In this document: in pieces, positions 1 to 10,400 of the stretch
Position numbering within the stretch: the stretch's first letter is position 1
Layout of the letters: every line of letters starts with the position of its first letter
Origin: Chrysochromulina tobinii
Lineage: Eukaryota
Direction: 5' to 3'
NCBI GenBank assembly: GCA_001275005.1
Contig: JWZX01002527.1
Coordinates: 1 to 43,820 of the forward strand
DNA: 43,820 bases
Notes under the pieces: generated by a model
The model's database searches: none
The model's input: the letters and a program-made list of their open reading frames with translations, nothing else
Told to the model about the DNA's origin: nothing
Program-made: the position numbers and the translations under genes

Positions 1-85
1 GGGGCGGCGGGCCCGCCGGTGCCGGCGGGTCACACGCGGGCCCGCGTAGACCGTAGTGCGGCGGCCGCGGGTCACTCTCGACTCT

Positions 86-124
86 GGCGGGTCACTCTGG
101 CGGGTCACTCTGGCGGGTCACTCT
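86..124. repeat. 13-nt tandem repeat GGCGGGTCACTCT (3 copies, with partial copies upstream)
   Basis: Directly visible. Confidence 0.85.
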
Positions 125-286
125 GTCGAGTAACGTTTTCCGGTTCGTATTCGATTGCGTGAAGACCACAACCCGCGACGCTTCGCCAGATGAGCGGAGA
201 TTCGATTGGATTCCTCCAACCAAGAACCATTCGGTCATGAGGGGCGGTTCGTGGGGCCATCGGGCGGTACTCCAGCAGTCTAAACT

Positions 287-3117
287 CTACTCCCTCCATC
301 CCACCTCCGCCGGGGGCTCGGGCCATGGTGGCGGCGGTGGGCTTGGATCGGGGGGGTTGGGTGCGGGCGGCGGCGGCGGCGGCGGCGGCGGCTGCATCGT
401 CACGGCGGCGGCGGCGGCGGGGCCGGGGTGCACGGCATCAGTCGGCGAGGCTGGCACTGGCACCGATGCGCCGCCCGGCTGCCTCGGGCTCGCAGCAGCA
501 ACGTCAACGGTTGTGTGGCCTGGCGGCGGCGGCGACGGCGCGGCCATCAGCCACGGCAGGCAAAAGGGGACCCCGAGCGCGCCTCCAATGGCCACCGTGA
601 GGGCCCCATGCGCATTCGTCGGCACGCGAAGGGCGCTCGCGGGCCACGCGGAGTGGTGCGAGGCGAATGTGATCAGGGCGATCGCCTGCTGGGGCGGCGT
701 GCTCGCGACGCTGAAGACGAGGAGCGCCGCGGCGAGCACTATGCCGGTTGAGGCTGCATGCACCGCGCCGAGCGCCGCACGGAGCCAGAGTGACCCGCGC
801 AGGCGCTCCCAGTGTGGCAGCGCGGCGAGGGTGGCGAGGAGCGAAGGAGCGTGCATGGCCACAAACCCGAGCACGCTGCCCAGAGGGCCTGCGTACGAGG
901 CGCCCACGAAGGCGCCCATGCTGAGCATCGCCGGTCCTGGAAGAGCATGAGCGAGGGCGATCGCCCCGAGCAGCGACGCGCGCGGTACGAGCATCGGCGC
1001 CGCCTCGCGCAGGACAAAGGGGACGAGGGCGGCGTGCCCGTCGGCCCAAAGGAGCATGGCGCTTCGGTACGAAGGCTCGAGAATTCGCTCTGGCCAGCCT
1101 GCCATCGGCGAGGCGCGGAGTAGCAGCAGAGCGACAGGCACTCCGACCCACAGCACCGCGCATGCGAGGGCCCACGCAGGCGGCACCGGGATCGGAACGG
1201 TCGGCACGCGCTCCGGGTCCCGTCCCGCGCGCACGGCGGCGACACGCTCTTCATATTCGCCCGCACGCTCATCGCCACCGTGAGCGCCGCCCTGGGCACT
1301 CTCGGCGCCGTCCTGAGCGTCTCGTGCGTGCTCGAGCGCGGGCTGACAAGGCACCGTTGCCTCCGCCGCGTCCGCGCTGGCCGCGCCGCCGTCCCGCCGC
1401 AACAGCCCACGTGCACGCAAGATGGACCAGCGCCGGAGTAGCCCCGCGCCCGCCGCGCCCAACAAGAGCGTCGGCAGGGTCCATCGGAGTGTCGGCGCGC
1501 ACACGGCGAGCGCCGCTGTCGCCACACTGACCGCACGCTCCTCGCGCTTGGCAAGCGAGCCCTGCAGCCGTTGGGCCGTATGTGCCAGCAGCGCCACCGC
1601 GGCCGCGCCCAGCCCCATTTGCACCGACATCACCAACCGGCCGCCGAACCCGCCCACATCGTCCTCGTCGCCCTCGTCCTCCTCGCCGCTCTCGCTGGAC
1701 CGGTAGCCCACAAGGCCGATGAGCCCCATCATCAGCGCGCTCGGCCCTCCATACGCCGCCGCCGCCACGAGAGCGCCCTGCGGCCCCTCGCCCATCAGTG
1801 CGCCCAAGGCGGCGCTCATCTGGACAGTCGTCATCCCAGGCAGGTCGTCAAGCAGTGCGACGAGGCTGCTGAACGCGGCGTCGTCGATGAGGGACGCGCG
1901 CCATGCCTCCCCACGCAGCCGGGCGAGCTGCGCGCTCGGCGGCCCCAGGGACGTCAGGCCGAGCCAGCCGAAGCGATGCGCCACCAACACGAGAGCCTCG
2001 TGGCCGTCCCCCGACGCCGCCGACGCGGACGCCATGGAGGCCTCGTTCCTAATATGGGAGGACTCGCTGCCACGAGCACCATCGACCCCACTGCAGTGCC
2101 CCGTCGAACCGGAAGAGGCACTCGAACTGGAAGAGGCGGTCGAACCGGAGTTGCTCGCGGCACTGGTTGACGAGACGGCCGCCGCGCTCCGTGCTTGGCT
2201 CGCTGACTTGCCGCCGCCGCCGCCGACAGTGCGCGTCGCCCGCGCCGTCGTTGCCGCCGTCGTTGCCGCCGGTGTCGCCTGTTGGGCGGCGATCGCTAGT
2301 GAGGCTGGGTTCGGGTTCGGGTTCGGGTCTTCGGGCTCGGGTTCGATTTTCGGGTTAGTACCTGTAGGGCGGCGATCGCTTGTGCGGCTGCCTCGGCTTC
2401 GAGCGCCGCTCGCTCCTCCCCCTCGAGCTGCTCGAGCAGACGTCGCTCCTCCTCCTCGTGACGTCTCTCCTCCTCGGCCAGCCTCGCCGCAAGCTCGCGC
2501 TCCGCCTCCTCCGCCTCGCGCCGCTCGGCCGCAGCGCGCAGCACGCGCTCAGCCTCGGTCTCCTGGTCGATGAGCGTCGGCCTCCACGAGGCACGCACCG
2601 CCGCCTCGGCAATCCGCCTCTGCTCAACCGCATGTTGCTTCTCCTCCTCCGCCGCCGCAAAGCGCAGCTTCTCCTCGCATGCCTGCCGCACCTTGATGCT
2701 CAGCCGCGGGCGCGCTAGCAGCTGCCAGTACCCCTCCCTGGCCTGCGCGAGCTCACCCGCCTTCAGGTTCATGTTGGCGGCCGAGAGGAGGAAGCCCGCC
2801 TTGATGTCCTCCTCGGCCGCGCCCCCGCCCTCGGGCGCGAGCGCGAACGCCTCTTCAAAGCGGCGCGCCGCCAGGGCGAACTCGCCGCGCTCATTGGCGC
2901 GGTGGCCCTCGGCCGCCACCTTGGCCGCCGCAGTCACGTTGGCCCGGATGGCGGCGGCGGAAGGCGAGGGCTGCGGCAGAGGCGACGAGGGCTGGCGCCG
3001 CGGCGCGTAGCCATACGAGGACGAGGCACCGCCGCGGCCGCTGTGACTCCGATGAGCAGCGCGGAATAGCAGCTCGTCCGCGTCATCGTCGGCCTCTAAG
3101 GGAACGAAGTCGGGCAT
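287..3117 (-). CDS. TPR-like/coiled-coil N-terminus fused to a two-domain chromate-ion transporter (CHR family); exons 3117-2362 and 2278-287
   Basis: A GT-AG phase-0 intron (2279-2361) joins ORF 2296..3153 in frame to ORF 287..2035 (81 open codons between). CHR-like motifs: FGWLGLTSLGPPSAQLARLR, LVALLDDLPGMTTVQM, ALAHALPGPAMLSMGAFVG. TPR-like helices: AEGHRANERGEFALAARRFEEAFAL, LKAGELAQAREGYWQLL. Pro-rich C-terminus. Confidence 0.7.
2279..2361 (-). other. Spliceosomal intron (83 nt) with telomere-like AACCCG filler and a 3' end copying the upstream exon end
   Basis: Minus strand CAG|GTACTAACCC...GAACCCGAACCCGAACCC...GCCCAACAG|GCG; removal restores the frame. Confidence 0.8.
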
Positions 3118-3283
3118 ATTTGCGAAGGATTCACAGCTCAGAATTTCATTCACAACACACCAAAAACTTCACTGTTACGTAAAACGATCGACACCTTCAC
3201 GTTGAGTTCACAGCTGCGTAACTTTGGGCGTCACGCAGCAGGACGCCGAGAGATAATCGCATATGCATATACGCACACGCATC

Positions 3284-6200
3284 TCACAGATGCAGCTTAA
3301 ACGAGGCCTTTCCTTGCACTGCGTCACGAATCAAGGCCTCCCCTGCCTCGCCCATGTTGTAATTGAGCCTGAGGTTGCACTCGGTCAATGCGCCATTGAC
3401 GCGCAGGGCGTCGGCGATTGCAGTGATGCCCTCTGCGGTGTAGGTGCCATGCTCGCCTCCTGTCCAGTCAGTCCCAATGCCGCACAGCTGGTTTTCGGAG
3501 AGGTTGATGCTCGTCAGCCCGCCATTAACACGCAGAGCCACGGCTATTGCAGTGATGCCCTCTGCAGTGTAAGTTCCTGTTCCAAGAAAATTGAGGCCGC
3601 ACAGCTGGTTTTTGCTGAGGTTGAGGCTCGTCAGCACGCCTGTGACAACGGACTGTGACAGGTCCGACGCCAGCAGGATCGCATCGGGCGGTTGGAGGGC
3701 ATGACCGGACAAGTCAGCGGTGGTCTGGTCGCGCTGGATGCCGCAGAGCGAGATGCCCTTCTGCTTGGCGACTTCAGCGAGCATCTTGGCTGACGCCTCA
3801 TCAAGCTGATTGTGCAGGAGGTTGGTCACCGTCAGCGCGCCATTGACGCGCAAGGCGCAAGCTATGGCTTGTACTCCTTCTGGATCAGCGACAAATTTTT
3901 GCACATAATCACCAGTGTCGCTGTCGTAGCCATCATCTTCATAATGCCCGCCAATAAAGTTATTTGAGAGATCGAGCTGCGAGGCCGAGGGCACACACTA
4001 AGCTCAGTACTGGGAACTTAATGAGTCATGGGCTGAAGTCCATACCGACGTCAGCGCGCCCATGACGGGTATCAGACCCGCCACGACCATGACTCCCTCG
4101 ACTCCGAAGTCCTTCCCATTCAGGTCCAGCTCCGTGATTGAGTTGGCGCGCATCTCCTTGATCGGGATCTCATTGAAAATCTCGATCTTGAAGTTGCCAA
4201 GGACAGCAGCTGCGAGCTGCACAGCGCCGTCGCCCGCAATGTTGTTGTGGCGGACGTCGACACGTGTCAACGCGCCTGTGACGCTCGTGCGGAGCGCCTC
4301 GGCGATCAGCTGGACTCCAGCAGGGCTGATGTTTTCGCAGGACGCGTCCAAGGACATGATCTTGCTGTCCTTGCTGCCGCAGATGGCGGCAAAGATGGCG
4401 CCCCAGCCCTTGTCCCCGAGCTCGTTGCCCCTGAGATTGATGGACGTCAATGCGCCATTAACACGCAGGGCGTCGGCGATTGCAGTGATGCCCTCTGCTG
4501 TGTAGGTGCCTTGTTGGTCGCCATCGTCGTCAGTCCAGATGCCACACAGCTGGTTTCCGGAGAGGTCGATGCTTGTCAGCCCGCCATTAACGCGCATGGC
4601 GTCGGCGATTGCAGTGATGCCCTCTGCAGTGTAGGTGCCATGTTGGCCGCGGTAGTCAGTCCAGACGCCACAGAGCTGGTTGTTGGAGAGGTCGATGCTC
4701 GTCAGCCCGCCATTAACACGCAGGGCGTCGGCGATTGCAGTGATGCCCTCTGCTGTGTAGGTGCCTTGTTGGTCGCCATAGCCTTCAGTCCAGATGCCAC
4801 ACAACTGGTTTCCGGAGAGGTCGATGCTTTTCAGCGCGCCATTGACGCGCAAAGCGTGGGCAATCGCTGTGATGCCTTCTGCAGTGTAGGTGCCACCCAT
4901 AAAGGTCACTCCGCAGAGTGCGTTGTTGGAGAGGTCCAGGCTCGTCAGCCCGCCGTTGACGCCAAGCATCTTGGCCACATGCTTGGCACCTGCTGACCCT
5001 CCGATGTTGCCATGCCGATGCCGATTACCGCGGATGTCAAGCTCCTTGAGCGTCTTGTTCTGTTCTAGTGCCTCGCAGATGGCTTTGGTGCCCTCCTCCC
5101 CCAACTCGTTTTTGGCGAGTGATATTTTGGTCAGCCCGCCTGTGACAGCGGCCTGTGACAGGTCCGACGCCAGCAGGATCGCATCGGGCGGCATGAGAAA
5201 CTTGTTGGAGAAGTCAGCGGTGGTCCGGTCGCGCTGGATGCCACAGAGCGAGATCCCCCTCTGCTTGGCGACTTCAGCGAGCATCTTGGCTGACGCCTCA
5301 TCAAGCTGATTGTGCAGGAGGTTGGTCACCGTCAGCGCGCCATTAACGCGCAGGGCCTCGGCAATTGCAGTGATGCCCTCTGCAGTGTAGGTGCCGCCGC
5401 CGAACGTGCCGGTCACTCCGCAGAGTAAATTGTTGGAGAGGTCCAGGCTCGTCAGCCCGCCCATGACGGGTATCAGACCCGCCACGACCATGCCTCCCTC
5501 GACTCCAACGCCCTTCCCATTCAGGTCCAGCTCCGTGATTGAGTTGGCGCGCATCTCCTTGATCGGGATCTCATTGAACATCTCGATCTTGAGGGTGCCG
5601 AGGACAGCAGCTGCGAGCTGCTCAGCGCCGTCGCCCGCGATGTTGTTGTGGCGGACGTCAACGCGTGTCAGCCCGCCTGTGACGCTTGTGCGGAGCGCCT
5701 CGGCGATCAGCTTGACACAAGCAGGGCTGATGTTCTCGCAGGACACATCCATAGACATGATCTTGCTATCCTTGTTGCCGCAGATGGCGGCAAAGATGGC
5801 GCCCCAGCCCTTGTCCCCGAGCTCGTTGCCCCTGAGATTGATGGACGTCAATGCGCCCATGACGGGTATGAGTCCCGCAACAACCATGCCTCCCTCGACT
5901 CCGACGCCCTTCTCCATCAGGTCCAGCCCCGTGATTGAGTTGGCGCGCATCTCCTTGATCGGGATCTCGTTGAACATCTCGATGTTGAGGTTGCCAAGGA
6001 CAGCGGCTGAGAGCTGCTCAGCGCAGTCGCCCGCGATGTTGTTGTGGCGGACATCGACGCGTGTCAACGCGCCATTGATGCGCATGGCGTCGGCAATCGC
6101 TGTGATGCCCTCTGCAGTGTAAGTTCCTCCTCCACGATAATCGAGGCCGCACAGCTGGTTGAAGCTAAGGTTGAGACTCGTCAGCCCGCCCATGACTGGA

Positions 6201-7239
6201 AGGAAGCTCGCAAGGAGCATGGCGCCCTCGGGGCCGAGCAGTAGCGGGGCATCGCCGTGAGGATCTTCGAAGTTCAGATCGATGAACGCATCGGCGCGCA
6301 TCTGCTCCACAGGGATGCCTCGAATCCCTCCAGAGCCGGCGCAGGCGATGGCTCCGAGCAGCAGCGCGAGCGGCGGCTCGCCCTCGCCCGTGACGCAGCT
6401 GCTGCACAGCGCGTGCTTGACCGGACCACGAAGCAGGCGTAACAGCCTCCCCCCCCCCTCTCCAGATCGATCTCTCGGACCGCGGCCACGTCCACCGCGA
6501 AGCCATAGCCCGTGAGCCGCTCCAGGTGGACTAGCAGCCGCCCCGCCCTCGCCGCCTCCCACGGCCGGCCAGCTTCGATGAGCGGCTCCAGGTTGAGCTC
6601 CGTGATCTCGTCCAGCTGCCGAGGGTCGGCGCGTCCTTCGCGCCTGCACAGCCGCGAGCAGAGCGCTCGACGTGCGAGCGTACGCCACGCTCGGTTGACG
6701 CCCTTGAGCTCTATCAGCGTGCCCACGCCGACCTTGGCCAAAGCGGCTTCCGCGGCATCGTCGTTCACGGGCAAAGCAGGCGTCCTCGCGGCGGTATACT
6801 GCGTCGTGGGACTATCCGGCATGAACGCCGGCTCTCGAAGCGAAGCCGCGCGCTCCTCATCGCTCTCAAAGTCGTTCACGGCTCCAAGCAACTCAAGCAG
6901 CCCGTGGGCGCATTTGCCTTCCAATCGGCTGGCGAAAGCACACTGGGCGTATTCGAGCGCCTGCTCCGCGATAAGATTGGTGGCGCCCTCGATGAGGGCA
7001 GCTAGCTGTGTGAGCGAGCATTCTTCGAGGGACGAGGCTGACCAATCGTCGTCGCACATTTCCCCGAGTGTGCGCAGCACCGTGGTAGCCGTCTCCTCTA
7101 TTGGGAGGATACTGTGTTCCGATGGATCGAGATCGTCGAGCCAATTCTTGAGTCGTTCCGCTCGCCTTGCTGCCTTTCGTGACCACTCGACCTCCTCGCC
7201 CTCACGCCCACGCACGCGGACGCGACACTCGTCGGCCAT
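3284..7239 (-). CDS. Skp1-like + F-box-like + RNI/NLRC3-type leucine-rich-repeat protein; one intron (3977-4045) and one frame break at a 10-nt homopolymer (6449-6458)
   Basis: The N-terminus follows the Skp1 pattern (VRVRGREGEEVEWSRKAARRAERLKNWLDDL...LPI..TATTVLRTLGEMC; LAALIEGATNL...FASRLEGK..GLLELLGAVNDFESDEE). An F-box-like segment follows (LPVNDDAAEAALAKVGVGTLIELKGVNRAWRTLA), then many LTSIDLSxNQL..EGITAIADALRVNG repeats. The GT-AG intron joins ORF 4004..6688 to ORF 3284..3994 in phase 0. Confidence 0.75.
3977..4045 (-). other. Spliceosomal intron (69 nt)
   Basis: TCG|GTATGG...CTCGCAG|CTC; splicing gives ...GALTS-LDLSNN, an intact LRR. Confidence 0.85.
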
Positions 7240-7471
7240 CGTCCGCACCAATTTCACAGGTTGTTTCATGAGGAACGCAAAGGTCTTTGATCGTCCATGA
7301 ATGTGAACACGTTTTATTCCGCAAAGCAATGTTCACGGCCCTTCCAAACCTGTGAAATTGTGCTCGGTTTCCTGGCAACGGCACGCCCGGTTCAACTTGA
7401 AGTCAGTCCGGAGCGCTCGTGCGCATCCTTCCGCGCTCGTGCGCATCCTCCGGAGTGAGCATCTTTGATCA

Positions 7472-10400
7472 ATGCCGCTGTTCTTCGACCCCTCGTCGCC
7501 AAGGCTCCCGGACTTGGAGAAAGCGAGCGTCAGCAGCGGCTCGAGCTCGCCGCCAGAGCTCACCTCTACATCGTCTGAGCTTTCGGACCCGGCCGGGTAC
7601 CCTATCATCGCCGACGTCTCCTGCTCCACTTCCCTTGTGGACATGCGAACGCACGAGTACGCGCTGCGTGACGCGGCGGCGCGGTTCGAGGAGACACGCC
7701 GGCTCGCGGTCGAACTCTCATCGCTCCAGAAGGCGTACGATTCCAGCCGCCAAGCGCACGAGTCGGACCTAATGCGGGCGGCGCAGCGCGAGTCGGCGCT
7801 TGAAGCGCAGCTCCGGAGCGTCGAGGAGGCGGCGCGCAACAGCGATTCGCGCGAGGCGGTGGAGCTGGGCGCGCGCATGCAGGTGGTCAGCTGGCGGTGC
7901 TCGCAGGCGCAGCGCCTCGCGGAGGAGGCCGAGGCCGAGCGGCGGCGCGCGCTCGAGAGCCTGCTGCAGGCAGAGGCGAGCCTTGCGACGGCGCAGGCGG
8001 AGCGCGACGCGATGCGGAAGGCCATGGATGCGGCGCAGGTGAAAGCGCTCGAGTACGCCGAGCGCGAGAGCGAGATCGCCCAGCTCCTCGCAGCTGAGCG
8101 CACGCAGCGCGCTGCCGAGCGCGCCGCGTGGCAGGAGCGCACCAACGCAGCCGTCGGCGAGGCGACCAGTGGCGCTCTGGCCGCTCGCCATCTGCAGGCG
8201 GAGGCGATGCAGGCGCTCGCGCAGGCGGAGCATGCGCGGCGCGCCGCCGAGAGGCATTCCGAGGCCATGGCCGCCGCCGCAAGCGCGGCCGCTGTGCGCG
8301 CGTCCTCGGCTGAGGACGATCTCGAGGCGGAGGTGTGTCGTGTGGGTGAGCAGCTCATTGCGGCGCGAGAGCGCGAGCGAAGGGCGACGGAGCAGCTCGA
8401 GGCGCAGAAGGAGCAGATGGCGGCGCAGGAAGCCGCGTTTGCCCTCGAGCGGTGCGAGGCCGAGCGCATGCGTTCCGAGCTCGAGCATGCAAGTGCTCAC
8501 CACGGCGCCCCCCCCTCTTCCCCACAGGTGCGAGGCCGAGCGCATGCGTTCCGAGCTCGAGCGTCAGATGGCTGAGGCGCGAGCGCAGCACGAGCGCGAG
8601 TCGGCCGAGGCGCAGGTGCAGTACGAGCAGCAGGCGGACAAGGCGCGCGCGCTGCTCGAGCATCAGCTGGCTGAGGCGTGTGCGCAGCACGAGCGCGAGG
8701 CGGCCAAGGCCCGCGCGCATTACGAGCGTCATTTGGAAGAAGCGCGCGCCGAGTACGAGCAGGCCGCCAACGAAGCGCTCGCGGAGGCTGTCAAGACGGC
8801 GGCGGTGGCGACCTCGGAGGCGATCAGAACGACGCGCGAGTCGACGCGCGAAGATCTTCTCGAAGGCGTCGCAGCGGGCGTTGCGGCGACGCGCTCGCTG
8901 CGCCACCGGCGGTCCGTCCTGGCAACCTGGCGCGCCGTGACCCTCGCTCGCTCAGGACAGCGCGCCGTGTCTCTCGATCGTTCGCGCGTGCACTATCCGT
9001 CGATTTGCGAGATCGAGGGTGCATGCCGTCAGGCCTGGCGAGCGCGTTCGTTGCGACGCGGGCTCGTCAGGTGGCTCACGACGGCGCGGGTGGCGCTCCG
9101 GCGCGCGGTGCGGCGCGTCGCTGCATGCGTGGCGGTACGCGAGCTCCGCATGGCGACGAGGGCATGGGAGGCGGCGGTGGCGCAGCGGCAGCAGTGGCAT
9201 CGGGCGCTGTCTTGGGCGGGCGCCGTGGTGGCGCGCTCGGCGCAGCGTCGTCGGCTCTGCTCCGCGCTGTGGCAGTGGGGTGCCCACATCGAGGACGCTG
9301 CGCTGCGGACCCGAACAGTTCGGTGCGTTCAACGCCAGCGAGCCTGCCGCGCCCTCGTCCGGTGGCGCGAGCGACCAGAGCGAGGCAGAGTCGAGCTCGC
9401 CACGCGTGCCCTTCTCTTCCGGTCTGCTACGGCGCGTCGCCACAAGGGCCTTTGTCGTGCCCTCATGCAGTGGGCCAGCTGCACGAGCGCTCGCAAAGCG
9501 AGCGCGTCACGCCGGCTACGCGGCTCCCTGCATGCGTGGACGGGGCAGGGCAGTCGGCGCGCGTGGAACACGTGGCATGCTGCACATGATGCGTCGCGCC
9601 GTCTGCGGAACTCCATCCACGCATGGGGACGGCAGGGTGTCCGGCGTGCCTGGGTCACCTGGCGCACTGTCCAGAGCGCCGTCGCGGCGCTCCGCCGGCG
9701 GCTTCTGCCATGCTTCCGACGGCTCGAGGCGATGGCTTGGCGCAGCTGGATCAGCGTTGCGAGGGCGCATCGTCACGTGCTGCTCTGCCTGCGCCGATCG
9801 GCGGCGTGCCTGCAGCATCGCGCCGCGCGCCGCGCCTTCAGCAGCTGGCACGCGGCCTACGCTGGCGAGCGAACGCGCCTCTCGGTGCGCGGTATGTTGC
9901 ACCACGCCGCCCGCTCGATGCGTCGGCGCGACGAGCGTCGCTCGTTATTTCAATGGCATGGGTGGTGTGCCTCCCTCGCACGCGCGCGCATTCGGCTGCG
10001 CGCCACCACTGAGCGCTGGAGGGGTCAGGGCTGTGGGCGTGCATGGGCGCACTGGCACTCCGTCTATGCGTCCTCTCGCTCGCTCCGGCGGTACGCTGCG
10101 TGCTGGCGCCAGCGCCGCGAGCGCGCAGCGCTGTCTCGATGGTCTGGAGCAACGGCGGAAAGTGCGTGGATGCGAGGTCGTATGCGCGCTGTGCTCTTCC
10201 GCATGCACCCGCACACCAAACCGATAGGACAGGCGTGGCGTGCGTGGGCAGGAGCGACCAGGACGGCGCGCACCGTGCGCCGTGTTTGGAGCGCGCTCGT
10301 CCATCAAGAGTTTCGTCGTGCTTGGACTACATGGCTGCTCAAGGGCACAGCGCTGCGTGCGGCGTGGAGCGCGCTGCGCGGGACGGTCGCGCGGCTTCGG

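Noticed and set aside
2305..2358. Chromosome end or true telomere
   Set aside because: Short degenerate GGGTTC/GGGTTAG tract lying inside an intron with genes on both sides.
159..2718. Overlapping Ala/Arg/Gly/Pro-rich plus-strand ORFs
   Set aside because: Expected stop-poor frames in very GC-rich DNA opposite the chromate transporter gene.
3284..6195. Diversity-generating retroelement behind LRR or WD40 variation
   Set aside because: No reverse transcriptase or template repeat in the window, and the variation includes indels and is not adenine-specific.
8487..8495. GC-AG donor (GCAAGT) for the Sfi1-like intron
   Set aside because: It gives the wrong phase for the 8527 acceptor; the GT at 8452 restores the frame.
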